This document shows, piece by piece, positions 36,204 to 48,473 of a DNA stretch of 64,000 nt. Every line of letters begins with the position of its first letter. Within the stretch, counting starts at the first letter, position 1. The stretch comes from a virus. Both the position numbers and the translations under genes were made by a program. The stretch is from positions 1-64,000 of the IMG/VR virus record IMGVR_UViG_3300023179_000041; one strand, 5' to 3'. The notes beneath the pieces are model-generated. The model had not been told where the DNA came from and searched no databases. It was given only the letters and a program-made list of their open reading frames with translations.

Positions 36204-36656
36204 ATGACACGATTTGTTGGCACGCCATTACGCGGCATTGAGTTTTCCAGTCCAAGCGACGAATCATTCTCAACGCGCGTAAATCTTGATGCACATGCGA
36301 GAATTCGCATTGATGCTGGCGGGCGGATTACATGGTCTTCTGGTTCGGCCGCTGGCGATACCAATCTTTACCGAACAAGTGCAAACACTCTCTATACAGA
36401 TGACGTATTCCAGGCCGCTCTTGGGTTGGTCACAGTCACATCTCTTGGCGCTCCAGTTTCTTCACTGCCAGATGGGGCGCTTGCGGTTGACACAACCAAC
36501 GACAAATTTTATTTCAGGTCAAACTCTGCTTGGCAAGAAGTTGGCGGTGCAGGTTTGTTATCTGGAGACGTAGATGGTGGTATTCTTTCGCCTGAGATTC
36601 ACGAAGCAGAAGTAACAAATTACGTATTGGTCGGTTTTGATGGAGGAACACTGTAA
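36204..36656 (+). CDS. Putative fibre-associated protein
   Basis: [20 protein letters not shown]. Confidence 0.65.
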   Translation: MTRFVGTPLRGIEFSSPSDESFSTRVNLDAHARIRIDAGGRITWSSGSAAGDTNLYRTSANTLYTDDVFQAALGLVTVTSLGAPVSSLPDGALAVDTTNDKFYFRSNSAWQEVGGAGLLSGDVDGGILSPEIHEAEVTNYVLVGFDGGTL

Positions 36657-39600
36657 TGGCTGGAGCAAGAATCCAACTAAAGCGCGCTACTGCCTCCTCG
36701 TGGACTAGCAATAACCCGGTTCTTTATGCTGGCGAAATCGGTCTTGAGACCGACACTAATAAGTTCAAGATTGGTGATGGGACAACTGCTTATAACTCCC
36801 TGCCCTACTTCAATGGGAACCTCACTGGCTCAAGCCTAAATGACCTTGCCGACGTCACAATTACATCCGCAGCGAATGGTGACTTCCTTCGATGGAATGG
36901 CACCGCTTGGGTTAATGACGCGGTAAATCTCTCAACCGACACAATCGGCTCCTATGTTGAGTCTTTGGTCGCCGGGACCGGCGTAAGCCTTACAAACAAT
37001 TCCGGCGAAGCCGCAACTCCGACGATTGCAATTGGCCAAAACGTGTCCACTACTGCATCAGTCACGTTTGCCCATGTATCTGCTTCCGTAACAGGAAATG
37101 TTGTCGGTGATTTGACTGGCAATGCAGATACTGCAACCACGCTAGAAACAGCGCGAATCATCGAACTTAGCGGCGATGTTACTGGTTCTGCATCGTTTGA
37201 TGGTTCTTCAAACATCAACATCTCTGTCACATCAAACCCTGACTCAATCACACTTGGAACAGACACAACCGGAAACTATTTGGTCGACCTTGCTGGAGGC
37301 ACTGGGGTAACAATTAACCACACCCCAGGCGAAGGTTCTACTGCATCTGTCTCGATTGGACAGGATGTTTCGACAACTGCATCAGTAACGTTCGACCAAG
37401 TCACAGTCAATGGTCAGACGAATGTCGGTGGACACATTATTCCAGATACCAATGAGGCGTATGACCTTGGTTCTTCTGCATCGCGCTTCCGCGATATTTA
37501 TCTTTCTGGAACAACAATCGACCTTGGTGGAGCAACAATTACAAGTGACGGAACTGATGTTTCTTTCTCTGGCGGCATAAGCGTTGGTGGAAGTGCAAAT
37601 TTTGTTGGTGACCTCACTGGTAATGCCGACACGGCTTCAACGCTTGAAACAGCACGAACTATTTCCCTTGGCGGAGACCTATCCGGTTCTGCATCTTTTG
37701 ACGGTTCAAGCGACATCACAATCACTGCAACAGTTGAACCGAATAGCGTTGCTCTCGGCACGGATACAACTGGAAACTATGTCGTTGATGTTGTTGCCGG
37801 AACAGGTTTGTCGGTTAGCCACACGCAAGGCGAGGGTTCTACTGCATCTGTAGAACTCAACGCAGTTCTCGATGACCTAACTGACGTAAGTGCGTCAACA
37901 GCAAATGTGGACGAATATTTGAAATGGGATGGAAGTGCTTGGGTGCCCGATGTTGTCGAACTTGGCGCACATACGGTTGGCGATTATATGGCAAATGTCG
38001 TTGCCGGTACTGGTGTCACGGTAACCCACACTCAAGCAGAGGGCTCTACGGCAAGCATTGCAATCGGACAGGATGTTTCGACAACCGCAAGTGTCACGTT
38101 TGCGAACCTCACAGTTTCCGGCGACCTCACCGTTAACGGGACAACAACAACACTCAACACGGAAAACCTTCTTGTCGAAGACAACGTAATTGTTCTTAAT
38201 TCAAACGTCACTGGGGCCCCATCTGGAACCGCAGGCATCGAGATTGAGCGTGGGACATCAAGCAATGTTCAATTGCGATGGAATGAAACATCTGACTCGT
38301 GGGAAATCACCGAGGATGGTACGACATACAAGAACATCGCAGTTGGCCAGGATGTTGAAACATCCTCGTCAGTCACGTTTGCACACGTTTCTGCAGATGT
38401 CACTGGAGACTTGACCGGCAATGCCTCTACGGCAACAACACTTGAAACGGCCCGCGCAATATCGCTTGCTGGTGATTTGTCTGGTTCGGCTTCATTTGAT
38501 GGCTCACAAGACGTAACCATTACGGCAACCGTCCAGCCCAACAGCGTGGCGCTCGGTACAGATACGACAGGCAACTATGTTGCCGATGTTGTTGCTGGTA
38601 CTGCAATTACCGTCACCCACACACCTGGTGAGGGCTCTTCTGCTTCAATTGCGCTCAACGCATCACTGAACGACCTTAATGATGTAGTAGTTGGCGCACC
38701 AGCAGAATTCCAGGCCCTTGCCTACGACGGTTCTGGTTGGGTTCCGACTTATACACCGGTTGTTTCCTATGTGCGCAACGCCGAAGCCACAACCATTACA
38801 ACTGGTACGGCTGTCTACCTATTTGGTGGCAATGGTGACCATGCATCGGTCAAGCGTGCAGGGAACGCAAGCGAAGCAACATCATCGAAAACCATAGGTC
38901 TTGTTGGCGCCCCAATCGCGGCAAACCAAAATGGTCCAGTAATTACTCGTGGTTATGTGGACGGAATTGACCTGTCCGCCTATAGCACCGGCGATGTTTT
39001 GTGGCTTGGCGAAAACGGACAAATTACAACCACAAAGCCACAGGCACCTCTACACATCGTGTTCATCGGCGTTGTCGTTCGTGCGACGAACAACGGAATC
39101 GCCTACGTCGCAGTTCAAAACGGTTATGAAGTAAACGAACTGCACGACGTCAAGACAAACGGCAAGGTCGACAAGGACGTCTTGATGTGGAACAGCGCAT
39201 CGGCTGTTTGGGTTAACGACCAAATTAACCTCGGAACCGATACGGTTGGCAACTACGTTCAGAACCTAGTTGCCGGAACTGGCGTTACGCTCACAAATAA
39301 CTCTGGCGAAGGCGCGACTCCGACCGTTGCGATTGGGCAGGATGTTTCTACGAATGCGTCGGTCGTGTTTCACACATTGGAGACAACACACGACCTGACC
39401 ATCGGCGGAAACTTCTACGTCAGCGGCTCAATCGTCACAGAGAACCAGACTTCACTTGAAATCGATGACCCCTTTATCTACCTGAATGGTTCAAGCAGCG
39501 TCTCTAACGTTGACATCGGAATCGCAGGAAATTACAACGACGGCACATACCGACACGCTGGTATTTTCCGTGACGCAACGGATGGAAAGTTCAAGTTCTT

Positions 39601-42600
39601 TGACTCCTACACCCCAGAGCCGTCCAACCCGATTGACACTGGTCATGCTTCTTATTCGCCAGCCCCCGTCGTTGCTGAAACATTTGAGAGCACGGTTACA
39701 ACAGGTACTGCACCATTCACTGTTGCCTCGACAACGGAAGTAACAAATCTCCACGCTGACACTGCGTCGAGTCTGCACACTGCCCGAGCCATCAGCCTTG
39801 CTGGCGACCTGAGTGGTTCAGTATCGTTTGACGGAAGCGGCGATGTAACTCTTACAGCAACCGTCGAGCCAAACTCGGTTGCCCTCGGCACGGACACCAC
39901 TGGCAACTACATGGTTGACCTTGCCGAAGGTACTGGTGTCACGATTATTCATACCCCTGGAGAAGGCTCCACCGCTTCTGTATCGATTGGTCAAAGCGTC
40001 GCGACAACCGCTTCGGTGACATTTGCTCATGTTTCTGCTGATGTAACTGGAAACCTGACTGGCGATGTTGCGGGCAATGCCGATACGGCTTCAAGCCTTG
40101 AAACAGCGAGGGCAATTTCGCTTGCTGGAGACTTGTCTGGTTCGGTCTCATTTGACGGTTCCGGCGATGTAACCCTTACCGCAACGATTGGGGCAAACAG
40201 CGTAGCCCTCGGTACGGACACGACTGGAAACTACGTCAATGACATCACGGCCGGTACTGGCGTCACAGTTACACACACCCCAGCAGAAGGTTCCAGCCCG
40301 ACAATCGCAATCGGCCAAAGCGTCGCAACATCGGCTTCTCCGCAATTTGCGTCAGTTACAGCGACCGGAACCCCAGGTTTGATTCTAAGTAATTCGAGTG
40401 GTGACGAAGGTGGTGAATTGCTTTTGTCCAAACCAGCAACAAATACATCAATTGCTGGAACTGGTGTAACTATTGATGTTTATCAAAATAAACTGCGCTT
40501 CTTCGAACAGGGCGGCTCTGCTCGTGGAGCATATATCGATATCACCGGGATGGGTGGTGCAGCCTCTACGCCATTGGCGGTTGGTCAGAATGTTGAAACA
40601 AGCGCATCTGTCCAGTTCGCACAACTGACCACAACTGGGAACGTAACAATCGGTGGTGACCTAACCGTAAATGGCACAACAACTACGGTAAATACCGAGA
40701 CAATTAACCTTGCTGATAATCAGATTGTCCTGAACAGCAACGAGACAAGTGCGCCGTCTCAAAATGCCGGGATTGAAATTGAGCGTGGCACATCGGCAAA
40801 TGTTGCACTCCGCTGGAACGAAACAAGCGATAAGTGGGAAATCACAGAAAATGGAACCACTTACTATGACATTGCGACAACCTTTTACGTCGATGGTCAG
40901 TCAATCACAGCGCTTGATGAAATCGGCGATGTCAACATCACATCAGCAGCGTCTGGGGATTTCCTCAAGTGGAACGGCACCGCATGGGTTAACGATGCCA
41001 TAAATCTCGGCACCGACACAACAGGCAACTATATGGTCGATGTATCGGCGGGAACTGGGATAAGCGTCTCTCATACGCAAGGCGAGGGTTCGACGGCTTC
41101 GGTTTCGCTTAACGCAACACTTGATGATTTGTCCAACGTAAGTGCATCCGCCCCTTCTGATGGTCAATTCCTCAAGTACGTCACCGCATCAAGCGCGTGG
41201 GTACCAGCAGCAATCCCAACCATAAACAATCTTGACGATGTTGGCGATGTAACGATTACATCAGCGGCAAATGGCCAATTCCTTAAGTGGAATGGCACGG
41301 CATGGGTCAACGATGCAATTGACTTGGGCACCGATACCACTGGCAACTACATGTCTGATGTTACCGCTGGTACTGGTATCACAATTACGCATACGCCTGG
41401 AGAGGGCTCAAATGCGACGATAGCAGTAACCGCCAACACGTATCAGCCGCTCGATTCGGAACTCACTGCTCTTGCTGGCTTAACGAGTGCAGCAGATAAG
41501 TTGCCGTACTTCACTGGTTCTGGAACTGCCGCATTGACAGACATTACGTCTGCTGCGCGCAGCATTCTTGATGATACGTCAACAACGGCAATCCGAACAA
41601 CGCTCGGCGTTGGAACTGGCGATAGCCCAACGTTTGCTGGGGCAACAATTGATGCTGTTCGAGTTGGAGTTACGGCAGCAGGAGAAATAGACACAACGAC
41701 TGGAAATCTAACAATTGATTCTGCTGGCGGAACAGTTACTGTCGATGACAATCTTGTTGTTTCAGGAGACTTAACAGTCAATGGAACCACCACAACTGTA
41801 AATACAGCGACACTAACCGTCTCTGACAACATTGTTGTTCTCAACAATGATGTAACTGGAACTCCAACCGAAAATGCTGGCGTAGAAGTCGAGCGTGGAA
41901 CTTCCGCAAACGTTCTAATCCGATGGAACGAAGGAACCGATAAATGGGAAGCCACGAACGACGGAACCAATTTCGGAAATCTCGTAACCACTGGCGACAG
42001 CGGAACAGTCACGTCCACGATGATTGCCGACGGCACCATCGTTAACGCGGACATAAACGCTTCGGCGGCAATCGCCCTTTCCAAACTTGCGTCTGGAACA
42101 TCTGGTCAGATAATTGTTGCAAACTCTTCAGGTGTTCCGACATGGGTATCAGAAACTGGTGATGTCACCATCTCTGATACTGGTGTAACTGCAATCGCCT
42201 CTGGCGCAATAGTTAATGCTGACATAAATTCTTCTGCGGCAATTGACTACAGCAAACTTGCCAATATAACTGCTGGAAGCGTTCTTATTGGTAATGCATC
42301 CAACGTGCCCACCGCCACCGCGCTGAGCGGAGATATCACAGTTAGTTCGTCTGGCGTAACAGCAATTGCGTCCGGTGTAATTGTCGACGCGGATATTAAT
42401 TCTTCTGCGGCAATCAGCCAGTCAAAGATTGCGACATCTACTACACAGGTTTGGGGAACTGGGTCGATTGAACTTGGTCACGCGACGGACACGACAATTA
42501 CAAGAGTTTCGGCTGGAAAGATTGCAGTCGAAGGCGTTACCGTAGCCACTACAACGGATACGAGAGATGTTCTAGTAAGGTTCTACATGGAGGTTATCTG

Positions 42601-42601
42601 A
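36656..42601 (+). CDS. Long repetitive tail fibre (1981 aa) with Mtd/hyaluronidase-type N-terminus
   Basis: [28 protein letters not shown]; repeated [32 protein letters not shown] modules. Confidence 0.88.
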   Translation: MAGARIQLKRATASSWTSNNPVLYAGEIGLETDTNKFKIGDGTTAYNSLPYFNGNLTGSSLNDLADVTITSAANGDFLRWNGTAWVNDAVNLSTDTIGSYVESLVAGTGVSLTNNSGEAATPTIAIGQNVSTTASVTFAHVSASVTGNVVGDLTGNADTATTLETARIIELSGDVTGSASFDGSSNINISVTSNPDSITLGTDTTGNYLVDLAGGTGVTINHTPGEGSTASVSIGQDVSTTASVTFDQVTVNGQTNVGGHIIPDTNEAYDLGSSASRFRDIYLSGTTIDLGGATITSDGTDVSFSGGISVGGSANFVGDLTGNADTASTLETARTISLGGDLSGSASFDGSSDITITATVEPNSVALGTDTTGNYVVDVVAGTGLSVSHTQGEGSTASVELNAVLDDLTDVSASTANVDEYLKWDGSAWVPDVVELGAHTVGDYMANVVAGTGVTVTHTQAEGSTASIAIGQDVSTTASVTFANLTVSGDLTVNGTTTTLNTENLLVEDNVIVLNSNVTGAPSGTAGIEIERGTSSNVQLRWNETSDSWEITEDGTTYKNIAVGQDVETSSSVTFAHVSADVTGDLTGNASTATTLETARAISLAGDLSGSASFDGSQDVTITATVQPNSVALGTDTTGNYVADVVAGTAITVTHTPGEGSSASIALNASLNDLNDVVVGAPAEFQALAYDGSGWVPTYTPVVSYVRNAEATTITTGTAVYLFGGNGDHASVKRAGNASEATSSKTIGLVGAPIAANQNGPVITRGYVDGIDLSAYSTGDVLWLGENGQITTTKPQAPLHIVFIGVVVRATNNGIAYVAVQNGYEVNELHDVKTNGKVDKDVLMWNSASAVWVNDQINLGTDTVGNYVQNLVAGTGVTLTNNSGEGATPTVAIGQDVSTNASVVFHTLETTHDLTIGGNFYVSGSIVTENQTSLEIDDPFIYLNGSSSVSNVDIGIAGNYNDGTYRHAGIFRDATDGKFKFFDSYTPEPSNPIDTGHASYSPAPVVAETFESTVTTGTAPFTVASTTEVTNLHADTASSLHTARAISLAGDLSGSVSFDGSGDVTLTATVEPNSVALGTDTTGNYMVDLAEGTGVTIIHTPGEGSTASVSIGQSVATTASVTFAHVSADVTGNLTGDVAGNADTASSLETARAISLAGDLSGSVSFDGSGDVTLTATIGANSVALGTDTTGNYVNDITAGTGVTVTHTPAEGSSPTIAIGQSVATSASPQFASVTATGTPGLILSNSSGDEGGELLLSKPATNTSIAGTGVTIDVYQNKLRFFEQGGSARGAYIDITGMGGAASTPLAVGQNVETSASVQFAQLTTTGNVTIGGDLTVNGTTTTVNTETINLADNQIVLNSNETSAPSQNAGIEIERGTSANVALRWNETSDKWEITENGTTYYDIATTFYVDGQSITALDEIGDVNITSAASGDFLKWNGTAWVNDAINLGTDTTGNYMVDVSAGTGISVSHTQGEGSTASVSLNATLDDLSNVSASAPSDGQFLKYVTASSAWVPAAIPTINNLDDVGDVTITSAANGQFLKWNGTAWVNDAIDLGTDTTGNYMSDVTAGTGITITHTPGEGSNATIAVTANTYQPLDSELTALAGLTSAADKLPYFTGSGTAALTDITSAARSILDDTSTTAIRTTLGVGTGDSPTFAGATIDAVRVGVTAAGEIDTTTGNLTIDSAGGTVTVDDNLVVSGDLTVNGTTTTVNTATLTVSDNIVVLNNDVTGTPTENAGVEVERGTSANVLIRWNEGTDKWEATNDGTNFGNLVTTGDSGTVTSTMIADGTIVNADINASAAIALSKLASGTSGQIIVANSSGVPTWVSETGDVTISDTGVTAIASGAIVNADINSSAAIDYSKLANITAGSVLIGNASNVPTATALSGDITVSSSGVTAIASGVIVDADINSSAAISQSKIATSTTQVWGTGSIELGHATDTTITRVSAGKIAVEGVTVATTTDTRDVLVRFYMEVI

Positions 42602-42602
42602 T

Positions 42603-42965
42603 ATGCCATTGACACAAAAGAGACTGGTCGGACCAACTCAGTTGACTACGACGACAAGCACTGTTCTCTATACGGTTCCCCAAAGCACGACCACTATCGT
42701 CAAGCAAATAGTGCTGTGCAATACCACGGCGAGCGCTGTGACGGTAACTATGGTCCTCAAGCCGCTGAACGTTGCCCAAGCATCATCGCAGAACTTTTTT
42801 AATACCTTGTCAATTGCAGCAAACGAAACGTTGACGTTCCAAACCAACATGGTTTTGACCAATAATGGAAGCACGGCGAACGCTACCAATAGCGACCAAA
42901 TCATTGGTTCAGCGAGCGCAAATACGGCAATCAATGCATTTATTTATGGCGTAGAAGAGAGTTAG
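42603..42965 (+). CDS. Fibre-associated small beta protein
   Basis: LYTVP..TTTIVKQIVLCN...GVE. Confidence 0.65.
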   Translation: MPLTQKRLVGPTQLTTTTSTVLYTVPQSTTTIVKQIVLCNTTASAVTVTMVLKPLNVAQASSQNFFNTLSIAANETLTFQTNMVLTNNGSTANATNSDQIIGSASANTAINAFIYGVEES

Positions 42966-42967
42966 TC

Positions 42968-43699
42968 GTGGCTGGGTTTGTTCGGATGAACAACTCCACC
43001 ATTTCAACGGCGGAGTCAACTTCAAGCGTGTCTGGTTCGTTATTGAACCTCGCAACGTACTTGAATTTGCCTGACCCCGTATACGGAACTGGCGCCGACG
43101 GCGACGTCACCATAAGCGCGGACACGACCCTGACATCCGACAAGAACTACAAAAACCTCACGTTGGGCGCATTTACGCTCAATCCTGGTGGATACAGAAT
43201 ATTCGTTCAAAATGTCCTCACCTTGGCGAACGGCTCAAGAATTGGGTACACGACAGGATTCACCACCGCTGGAACGCTCGCCCAGGGTGGAGCAACAAAT
43301 ACTGCCGTTACCCACAGTCTTGGCGGCTCAAGTGGTGCACAAACGGCGACGGCGCCAACAGCGGCACTTGGCGGGTCTGAGTACTACAGACAGCCCTTAC
43401 AGGCGATTCGTGGTTGGGCGGTAACGGCTTCCTCTACGACTCCGACATTCCTTCGCGGCGGCGCCGGCGGTTCAAGCGGCGCTGGCGGCGGGGTCGTTCT
43501 TATTTCTGCTCGCTACATCACGGTATCTTCTGGCTCTGCCACATTCAGCGCTCCAGGAACTTCTGGTTCTGGCGGTGGCGGCGGCGGAGTTATCTTAATT
43601 GTCTCATCTGCGTCGGTACTCAATAATGGAGTAACTACTGATGTAACTGGAGGCACTGGGGCGTCGGCGGGCAACGTCTACTACATGCAGGTCGCATAA
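42968..43699 (+). CDS. Glycine-rich adhesin-like virion protein
   Basis: YGTGADGDVTI, poly-Gly motifs GGAGGSSGAGGG and GSGGGGGG. Confidence 0.7.
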   Translation: MAGFVRMNNSTISTAESTSSVSGSLLNLATYLNLPDPVYGTGADGDVTISADTTLTSDKNYKNLTLGAFTLNPGGYRIFVQNVLTLANGSRIGYTTGFTTAGTLAQGGATNTAVTHSLGGSSGAQTATAPTAALGGSEYYRQPLQAIRGWAVTASSTTPTFLRGGAGGSSGAGGGVVLISARYITVSSGSATFSAPGTSGSGGGGGGVILIVSSASVLNNGVTTDVTGGTGASAGNVYYMQVA

Positions 43700-43701
43700 T
43701 C

Positions 43702-44736
43702 ATGCCAAACATACAAAGATTCGGGCAGGATAGAGCGCCAGTTCAAAAAACTGGCACGGACAAAATCTTTGGTACTGGAGTCGACGGCACCGTAACCATC
43801 TCGACAAACACGTCTCTTTCTAGGGATATGTATTACGCAAACTTGACGGTCAATTCGAGCGTCACCTTGTTTACCAACGGATTCAAAATATTCGTCAGTG
43901 AAACGCTAACGAACAACGGAACCATTGGAATGCCCAAGGGCACTGCTCAAACTACTGCCGTACTGGCTGGAACAGTCCTAACAAGAGTTAATTCAACCGC
44001 ATCGTGGACGGCAAACCAGTCAATAGATTCGGCAAACAGTTCTGGAAACTTGGCATTTAGTAACACAAAGGGATTTGAAAATATTCTTGAGGGCGCATAT
44101 ACCACTGGCTCTGCCGTCAACAGATTCTTTGCTGGAGCACAAGGTGCAGCAGGTACCGCAAATCCAGGGAATGCTGGGAGCGGAGGAAACTCAACTGCGG
44201 GGAATCCTGGAACTGCTGGCTCTGCTGGTCTTGGTGGCGGAACTGTGGCAGTGATTGCCAAGACGATTTCTGGTTCTGGAACTTTTATCAGCGAAGGAAC
44301 AGACGGTACTTCTGGGTCAAACGGTAACCCTGGAACAACTCAACCTGGAACATCGTTCCACAACCCTGGTGGTCATGCCCATGCCCCAGCACATGCTCCT
44401 GGCCACAATCCTGGTTCGCACAATCCAGAACAATCATTTCACCACCCCGCTGGATGTTGCGCGTGGAACGGCGCACACCACCATGACCATCATAGTCACC
44501 ATCACGTAAACCAAAATGCTTGGCACCACCCAGGAAACCAATTCCATTATCAATATCACTATTCGCACTCACATCCAGGGAATCCAGGGCATAATCCTAC
44601 ATACCCAGGTGGCACTGGTGGCAGTGGAAATTCTGGAAACCCAGGAAAAGGTGGGAGTCTTTATGTGTTGACACGTGGTATTTCTACACATATAGCCTCT
44701 GGGAACATGACATACGTAGAAGACCTAGACGATTAA
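43702..44736 (+). CDS. Glycine-rich adhesin-like protein with His/Asn/Pro-rich insert
   Basis: Paralogous N-terminus (FGTGVDGTVTI), GNPG repeats, 23 His in 78 residues at 44359-44592. Confidence 0.75.
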   Translation: MPNIQRFGQDRAPVQKTGTDKIFGTGVDGTVTISTNTSLSRDMYYANLTVNSSVTLFTNGFKIFVSETLTNNGTIGMPKGTAQTTAVLAGTVLTRVNSTASWTANQSIDSANSSGNLAFSNTKGFENILEGAYTTGSAVNRFFAGAQGAAGTANPGNAGSGGNSTAGNPGTAGSAGLGGGTVAVIAKTISGSGTFISEGTDGTSGSNGNPGTTQPGTSFHNPGGHAHAPAHAPGHNPGSHNPEQSFHHPAGCCAWNGAHHHDHHSHHHVNQNAWHHPGNQFHYQYHYSHSHPGNPGHNPTYPGGTGGSGNSGNPGKGGSLYVLTRGISTHIASGNMTYVEDLDD

Positions 44737-44805
44737 AGAGCGATGTAGTGTATGATTGAAGACAGACACATAAGAGAACAACTCGGATTTACAGAGGTGA
44801 TTCAA

Positions 44806-45051
44806 ATGATTGATTTTTCTACTCTTCCAGCAGAAGAGGTTTCTTCGGTAGTTGCCAGAGTCAAAAACGACATTACTGCCGCTATTTATGAAGGAGTGTT
44901 AAGACTTGGTCTTGACCCTGCTTCGTTTGACGAGTCAACTTTTGCTAGTTCATTTGACGAAACGGATGTTGATTACGGTTTAAAGTCGGTTATTGTCAAT
45001 TCAATCAATCGCCTCAACTGGGTAAATAACTGGGCTGCTGAAAACCTTTAG
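44806..45051 (+). CDS. Small acidic hypothetical protein
   Basis: GAGGTG RBS; MIDFSTLP. Confidence 0.6.
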   Translation: MIDFSTLPAEEVSSVVARVKNDITAAIYEGVLRLGLDPASFDESTFASSFDETDVDYGLKSVIVNSINRLNWVNNWAAENL

Positions 45052-45087
45052 CCGCTAGGGCGCCTTGCGCCTTGATAGTATCCGTAT

Positions 45088-45702
45088 ATGAACTTCATAG
45101 AACATTTTTCGTGTCTTCGTGAATACACGTCGGTCTATTCGCCTGGTGATTTTGTAGAACTTGTTGAGCAAGAATGCAAACAAGATTGGGGATATTTGTC
45201 TTGGTATCAAACCCCAATTGGCGGAAACAAGAACAACTTGACAAATGTGGTTGACATTCACCGAACTTCACTCGGTTGCGAGATGTCCCCAATATCAATG
45301 CCGGTGGAGAATGTTTCCCAAGAAAGATTAATACCGCTTGCTAAAAAATGGATGCACATAAGGGAAAGAATCGATAAGTGCATTTGGCATTACCGCAATA
45401 CGTATTCCCTCAACCTGAGCGCTGACGAGGGTTTCAGGTTGTTGAAATACGGACGTGGAGCAGAATATAAGGGCCACGTAGACCACGCCCCAACGAACGC
45501 AAGAGTATTAAGTCTCGTGAGTTTTGTTAATGATGGATTTACTGGAGGCGAACTTGTTTTCCCTCTTCTGGACGTTAAAGTGACGCCGACCGCTGGCTCT
45601 GTGCTTTTGTTCCCGTCTAATTTCCCTTACTACCACTATGCCGCCCCAGTTGGCAAAAGTGACGAATCAATAAAGTATTCATTAGTTACATGGTTGCAGT
45701 GA
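45088..45702 (+). CDS. 2OG-Fe(II) oxygenase, prolyl-4-hydroxylase-like
   Basis: LLKY..G..YKGHVD, GGELVF, FPSNFPYYH, KYSLVTW. Confidence 0.88.
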   Translation: MNFIEHFSCLREYTSVYSPGDFVELVEQECKQDWGYLSWYQTPIGGNKNNLTNVVDIHRTSLGCEMSPISMPVENVSQERLIPLAKKWMHIRERIDKCIWHYRNTYSLNLSADEGFRLLKYGRGAEYKGHVDHAPTNARVLSLVSFVNDGFTGGELVFPLLDVKVTPTAGSVLLFPSNFPYYHYAAPVGKSDESIKYSLVTWLQ

Positions 45703-45708
45703 ACAACG

Positions 45709-47163
45709 ATGAAGATAGTAATTGTTGGCTCTGGAACATCGGGATTAGTATCGGCAATAATCCTTAGGGGGCTATTCCCCTTGTGGGATATCACTGTTGT
45801 CTCATCAAAAGACATTGGCATTATTGGGGTCGGCGAAGGCTCAACAGAGCATTGGAGACTTTATTTCCAAGACAAATATAACATCCCTGTTTCGGAGATG
45901 GTCACAGCCTGTCGCGCAACGCACAAATACGGAATCAAATTTGAAAACTGGACAAAACATACGCCAAATTATTTCCACAGCGTAAGTGCTGGAGAGTGGG
46001 GTCGCGCGTATTTCCCTGCAAATTATGCGTTCTGTTTGGAGAACAACAAACTATTGACCAATTCTATGGTGACTCATCTTCACGACAATACGATTGTGTT
46101 GAACGAAGGCAACCCACATCATGCCGTAAATCAATTTCATTTTGACACTTTCAAACTTAATGAGTATTTGACAAGCGTCTGCAAGTTGCGAAATGTATCT
46201 TTTATCGATGGAAAGGTATCGCGAGTCACAAGAAACTCAGATAATGGTTTCATAGAGTCGATTGACGTGGATTCTTTCGGCTTGATAAATGGTGATTTTT
46301 TTATTGATGCAAGTGGGTTTCGCAGAGTTTTAATAAGTGAACTCGTTGATTCTGATAAAGACTTTGTTTCATATAGAAAATACGTTCCTTGCGATTCTGC
46401 CGCCGTATTCCCAACGCCACGTGACGAGAGTGGCGAAATTCGCCCATACACAAGGGCAAGAGCGATGCCGAATGGTTGGATGTGGGAAATCCCGACCCAA
46501 GACAGACGAGGCAATGGATATGTATTCGCCTCAGATTTTTGTTCAGAAGAGCAAGCAGTTAGAGAGATTTCGGAAGCCCACGGAAAAGATATAGAACCAG
46601 CAAAAATCATAAAGTTTAAGTCTGGATACCATAAAACCGCTTTCGCATTTAATTGTGTTGCTGTGGGCTTGTCCTCGTCGTTTGTTGAACCGCTGGAAGC
46701 AACTGCGATATCAACATCAATTCAACAAGCGCGAATGCTTGCCTCAGTTCTGCCGACGTTTTCTATTGGCTCAACTGCAACTGTGTCTCAATATAATAAA
46801 CAGTACGAATCACTGTTGGAAAACATAATCACCATGGTGGCAATGCACTACATTTCCGACAGAGATGATACCGAAATGTGGAGAGCACAACAAGGTCTTG
46901 AGAAGCCGCCCATGCTTGAACACTTGATATCCCTGTGGAAAGAAAGACTTCCAGAAGCATATGATGTCCCAATATTTGGGTATGAATTATTTCAGAACGC
47001 ACACTTTTGGCATGTCGCTCAAGGACAAGGTCTATTGAACCCAGATTTGGCAACTATCCAACTTGACGCATTTGCCGTACGTAGAGAAGCAGCAAAAAAC
47101 ATTGCAAATCTAAAAAACGCCGCACTTGGGTCAAAAACCGTTAAGCATCATGCGATTTTTTAA
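45709..47163 (+). CDS. Flavin-dependent tryptophan halogenase-family protein
   Basis: GSGTSG, GVGEGS, ATHKYGIKF, FIDASGF, GWMWEIP, FVEPLEAT. Confidence 0.92.
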   Translation: MKIVIVGSGTSGLVSAIILRGLFPLWDITVVSSKDIGIIGVGEGSTEHWRLYFQDKYNIPVSEMVTACRATHKYGIKFENWTKHTPNYFHSVSAGEWGRAYFPANYAFCLENNKLLTNSMVTHLHDNTIVLNEGNPHHAVNQFHFDTFKLNEYLTSVCKLRNVSFIDGKVSRVTRNSDNGFIESIDVDSFGLINGDFFIDASGFRRVLISELVDSDKDFVSYRKYVPCDSAAVFPTPRDESGEIRPYTRARAMPNGWMWEIPTQDRRGNGYVFASDFCSEEQAVREISEAHGKDIEPAKIIKFKSGYHKTAFAFNCVAVGLSSSFVEPLEATAISTSIQQARMLASVLPTFSIGSTATVSQYNKQYESLLENIITMVAMHYISDRDDTEMWRAQQGLEKPPMLEHLISLWKERLPEAYDVPIFGYELFQNAHFWHVAQGQGLLNPDLATIQLDAFAVRREAAKNIANLKNAALGSKTVKHHAIF

Positions 47164-48013
47164 TCGCAACAAAAAGAGCAGGGTAGTTCAAGGTTCTGCA
47201 TGGGAAGATGTACCAATCCCCAAACCCAATGAACTTTTTGTTGTTCCAGCAACGAATGTATTGCTACACCCAAAATTGTCCGTTTATGAGAATAGGTCAA
47301 AAACACCAGACTGGTACAAAAAGGCAATAAGCGGTGAGTCAAGTATCAAACGATGCTATGGGCTGGCTGATTATCTTCGAACTGGCTACACAATCCCATT
47401 GTGGGCAAAATTGGACATACGACCGCCGTTGAATAAATTACAACCCAAATGGGAAGCAAAATACGATTTTTCACACGGCAACGTTTCCCATGATTTGCAG
47501 TTTGTTGATGAACTGGTCGACGATGAATTTTTTTCTATGAATTCATTGTTTCATAATCAGTTTGGTCAAGACCAAGTTGGTGAGTGTCCAGTGTCTCGCA
47601 TAAAAACACGACCAAATTCTGCATATCTCAAATTGACAAATCCGTGGTTATTCAAAACCGCACCAGGGTATTCAACGCTATTTATAGCACCGCAGTGGAG
47701 TCCTGACCCAAGATATCAGGTCATGTCTGGAGTTGTAAATACCGATTATTACCATCATGCAAATGTTGTTTTAAACATTATTGCAAACGAAGAGTTTTCT
47801 ATTGAAGAGGGAACTCCGATGCTTCACGCAATCCCATTCAAGCGAGAGGACGGAATAAAAAGCAGTTCATTAATTAGGGGAGATGAAAGACTACACAAAA
47901 CCCTAGATGGGCTTGGATTTTTGAATGTTAGGCGTCCGACTGACTGGAAGGGAATGTACAAGCGCGAACAATCTCAAATAGATAAGATGATTAAGGAACA
48001 AAACAGTGGATAG
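47150..48013 (+). CDS. Hypothetical protein, oxygenase-cluster family
   Basis: PDWYK..IKRC...GYTIPLW, NPWLFKTAPGYS, GVVNTD, GTPMLHAIPF. Confidence 0.7.
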   Translation: MRFFNRNKKSRVVQGSAWEDVPIPKPNELFVVPATNVLLHPKLSVYENRSKTPDWYKKAISGESSIKRCYGLADYLRTGYTIPLWAKLDIRPPLNKLQPKWEAKYDFSHGNVSHDLQFVDELVDDEFFSMNSLFHNQFGQDQVGECPVSRIKTRPNSAYLKLTNPWLFKTAPGYSTLFIAPQWSPDPRYQVMSGVVNTDYYHHANVVLNIIANEEFSIEEGTPMLHAIPFKREDGIKSSSLIRGDERLHKTLDGLGFLNVRRPTDWKGMYKREQSQIDKMIKEQNSG

Positions 48014-48473
48014 ATACGTTTTTTGCCCCAATGAATCCATGATGGATGAGGCTGTTTTGCTCGCCAAAGAGTGGTCATTGCCAATATTAAACGGTGATTC
48101 GGAGCGGTCAAAAAATGTTCATTTTGATAGAAATATTGTTTCCGTTGTTCTGATACCGATATTTAACGGGTTCGAGAATTGTCCAGAAGTTCTGGAGCCA
48201 AACATGGCATACATATTTAGATACAGAAATGATTTCATAGATTGCGGAGAGTTGGCAGCGGTTCTGTCAACAAAAAATCTAGGACTAAATAAAAGTTCTT
48301 TTTTACCGATACGAATGGTGTCGCCGCATGAAATAGAAATACTCGTTACAATCTCAAGTCTTGGAGAGTACTCAGTTATGATTGCTAAAGATAAAGAGGT
48401 TTTTGCTACTCACGATTTTGCGGTTTTGCCAGATGGAAGTTCCTCTATTGAGGACTTAAGCGCGTATGATTAA
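48006..48473 (+). CDS. Hypothetical protein
   Basis: Overlapping operon ORF. Confidence 0.55.
   Translation: MDRYVFCPNESMMDEAVLLAKEWSLPILNGDSERSKNVHFDRNIVSVVLIPIFNGFENCPEVLEPNMAYIFRYRNDFIDCGELAAVLSTKNLGLNKSSFLPIRMVSPHEIEILVTISSLGEYSVMIAKDKEVFATHDFAVLPDGSSSIEDLSAYD

Noticed and set aside
36952-42084. Numerous antisense ORFs within the fibre gene
   Set aside because: Shadow ORFs of the repetitive + strand gene, without RBS or recognisable motifs
36656-44736. Diversity-generating retroelement suggested by the Mtd-like N-terminus
   Set aside because: No reverse transcriptase and no adenine-specific TR/VR pair seen in the window
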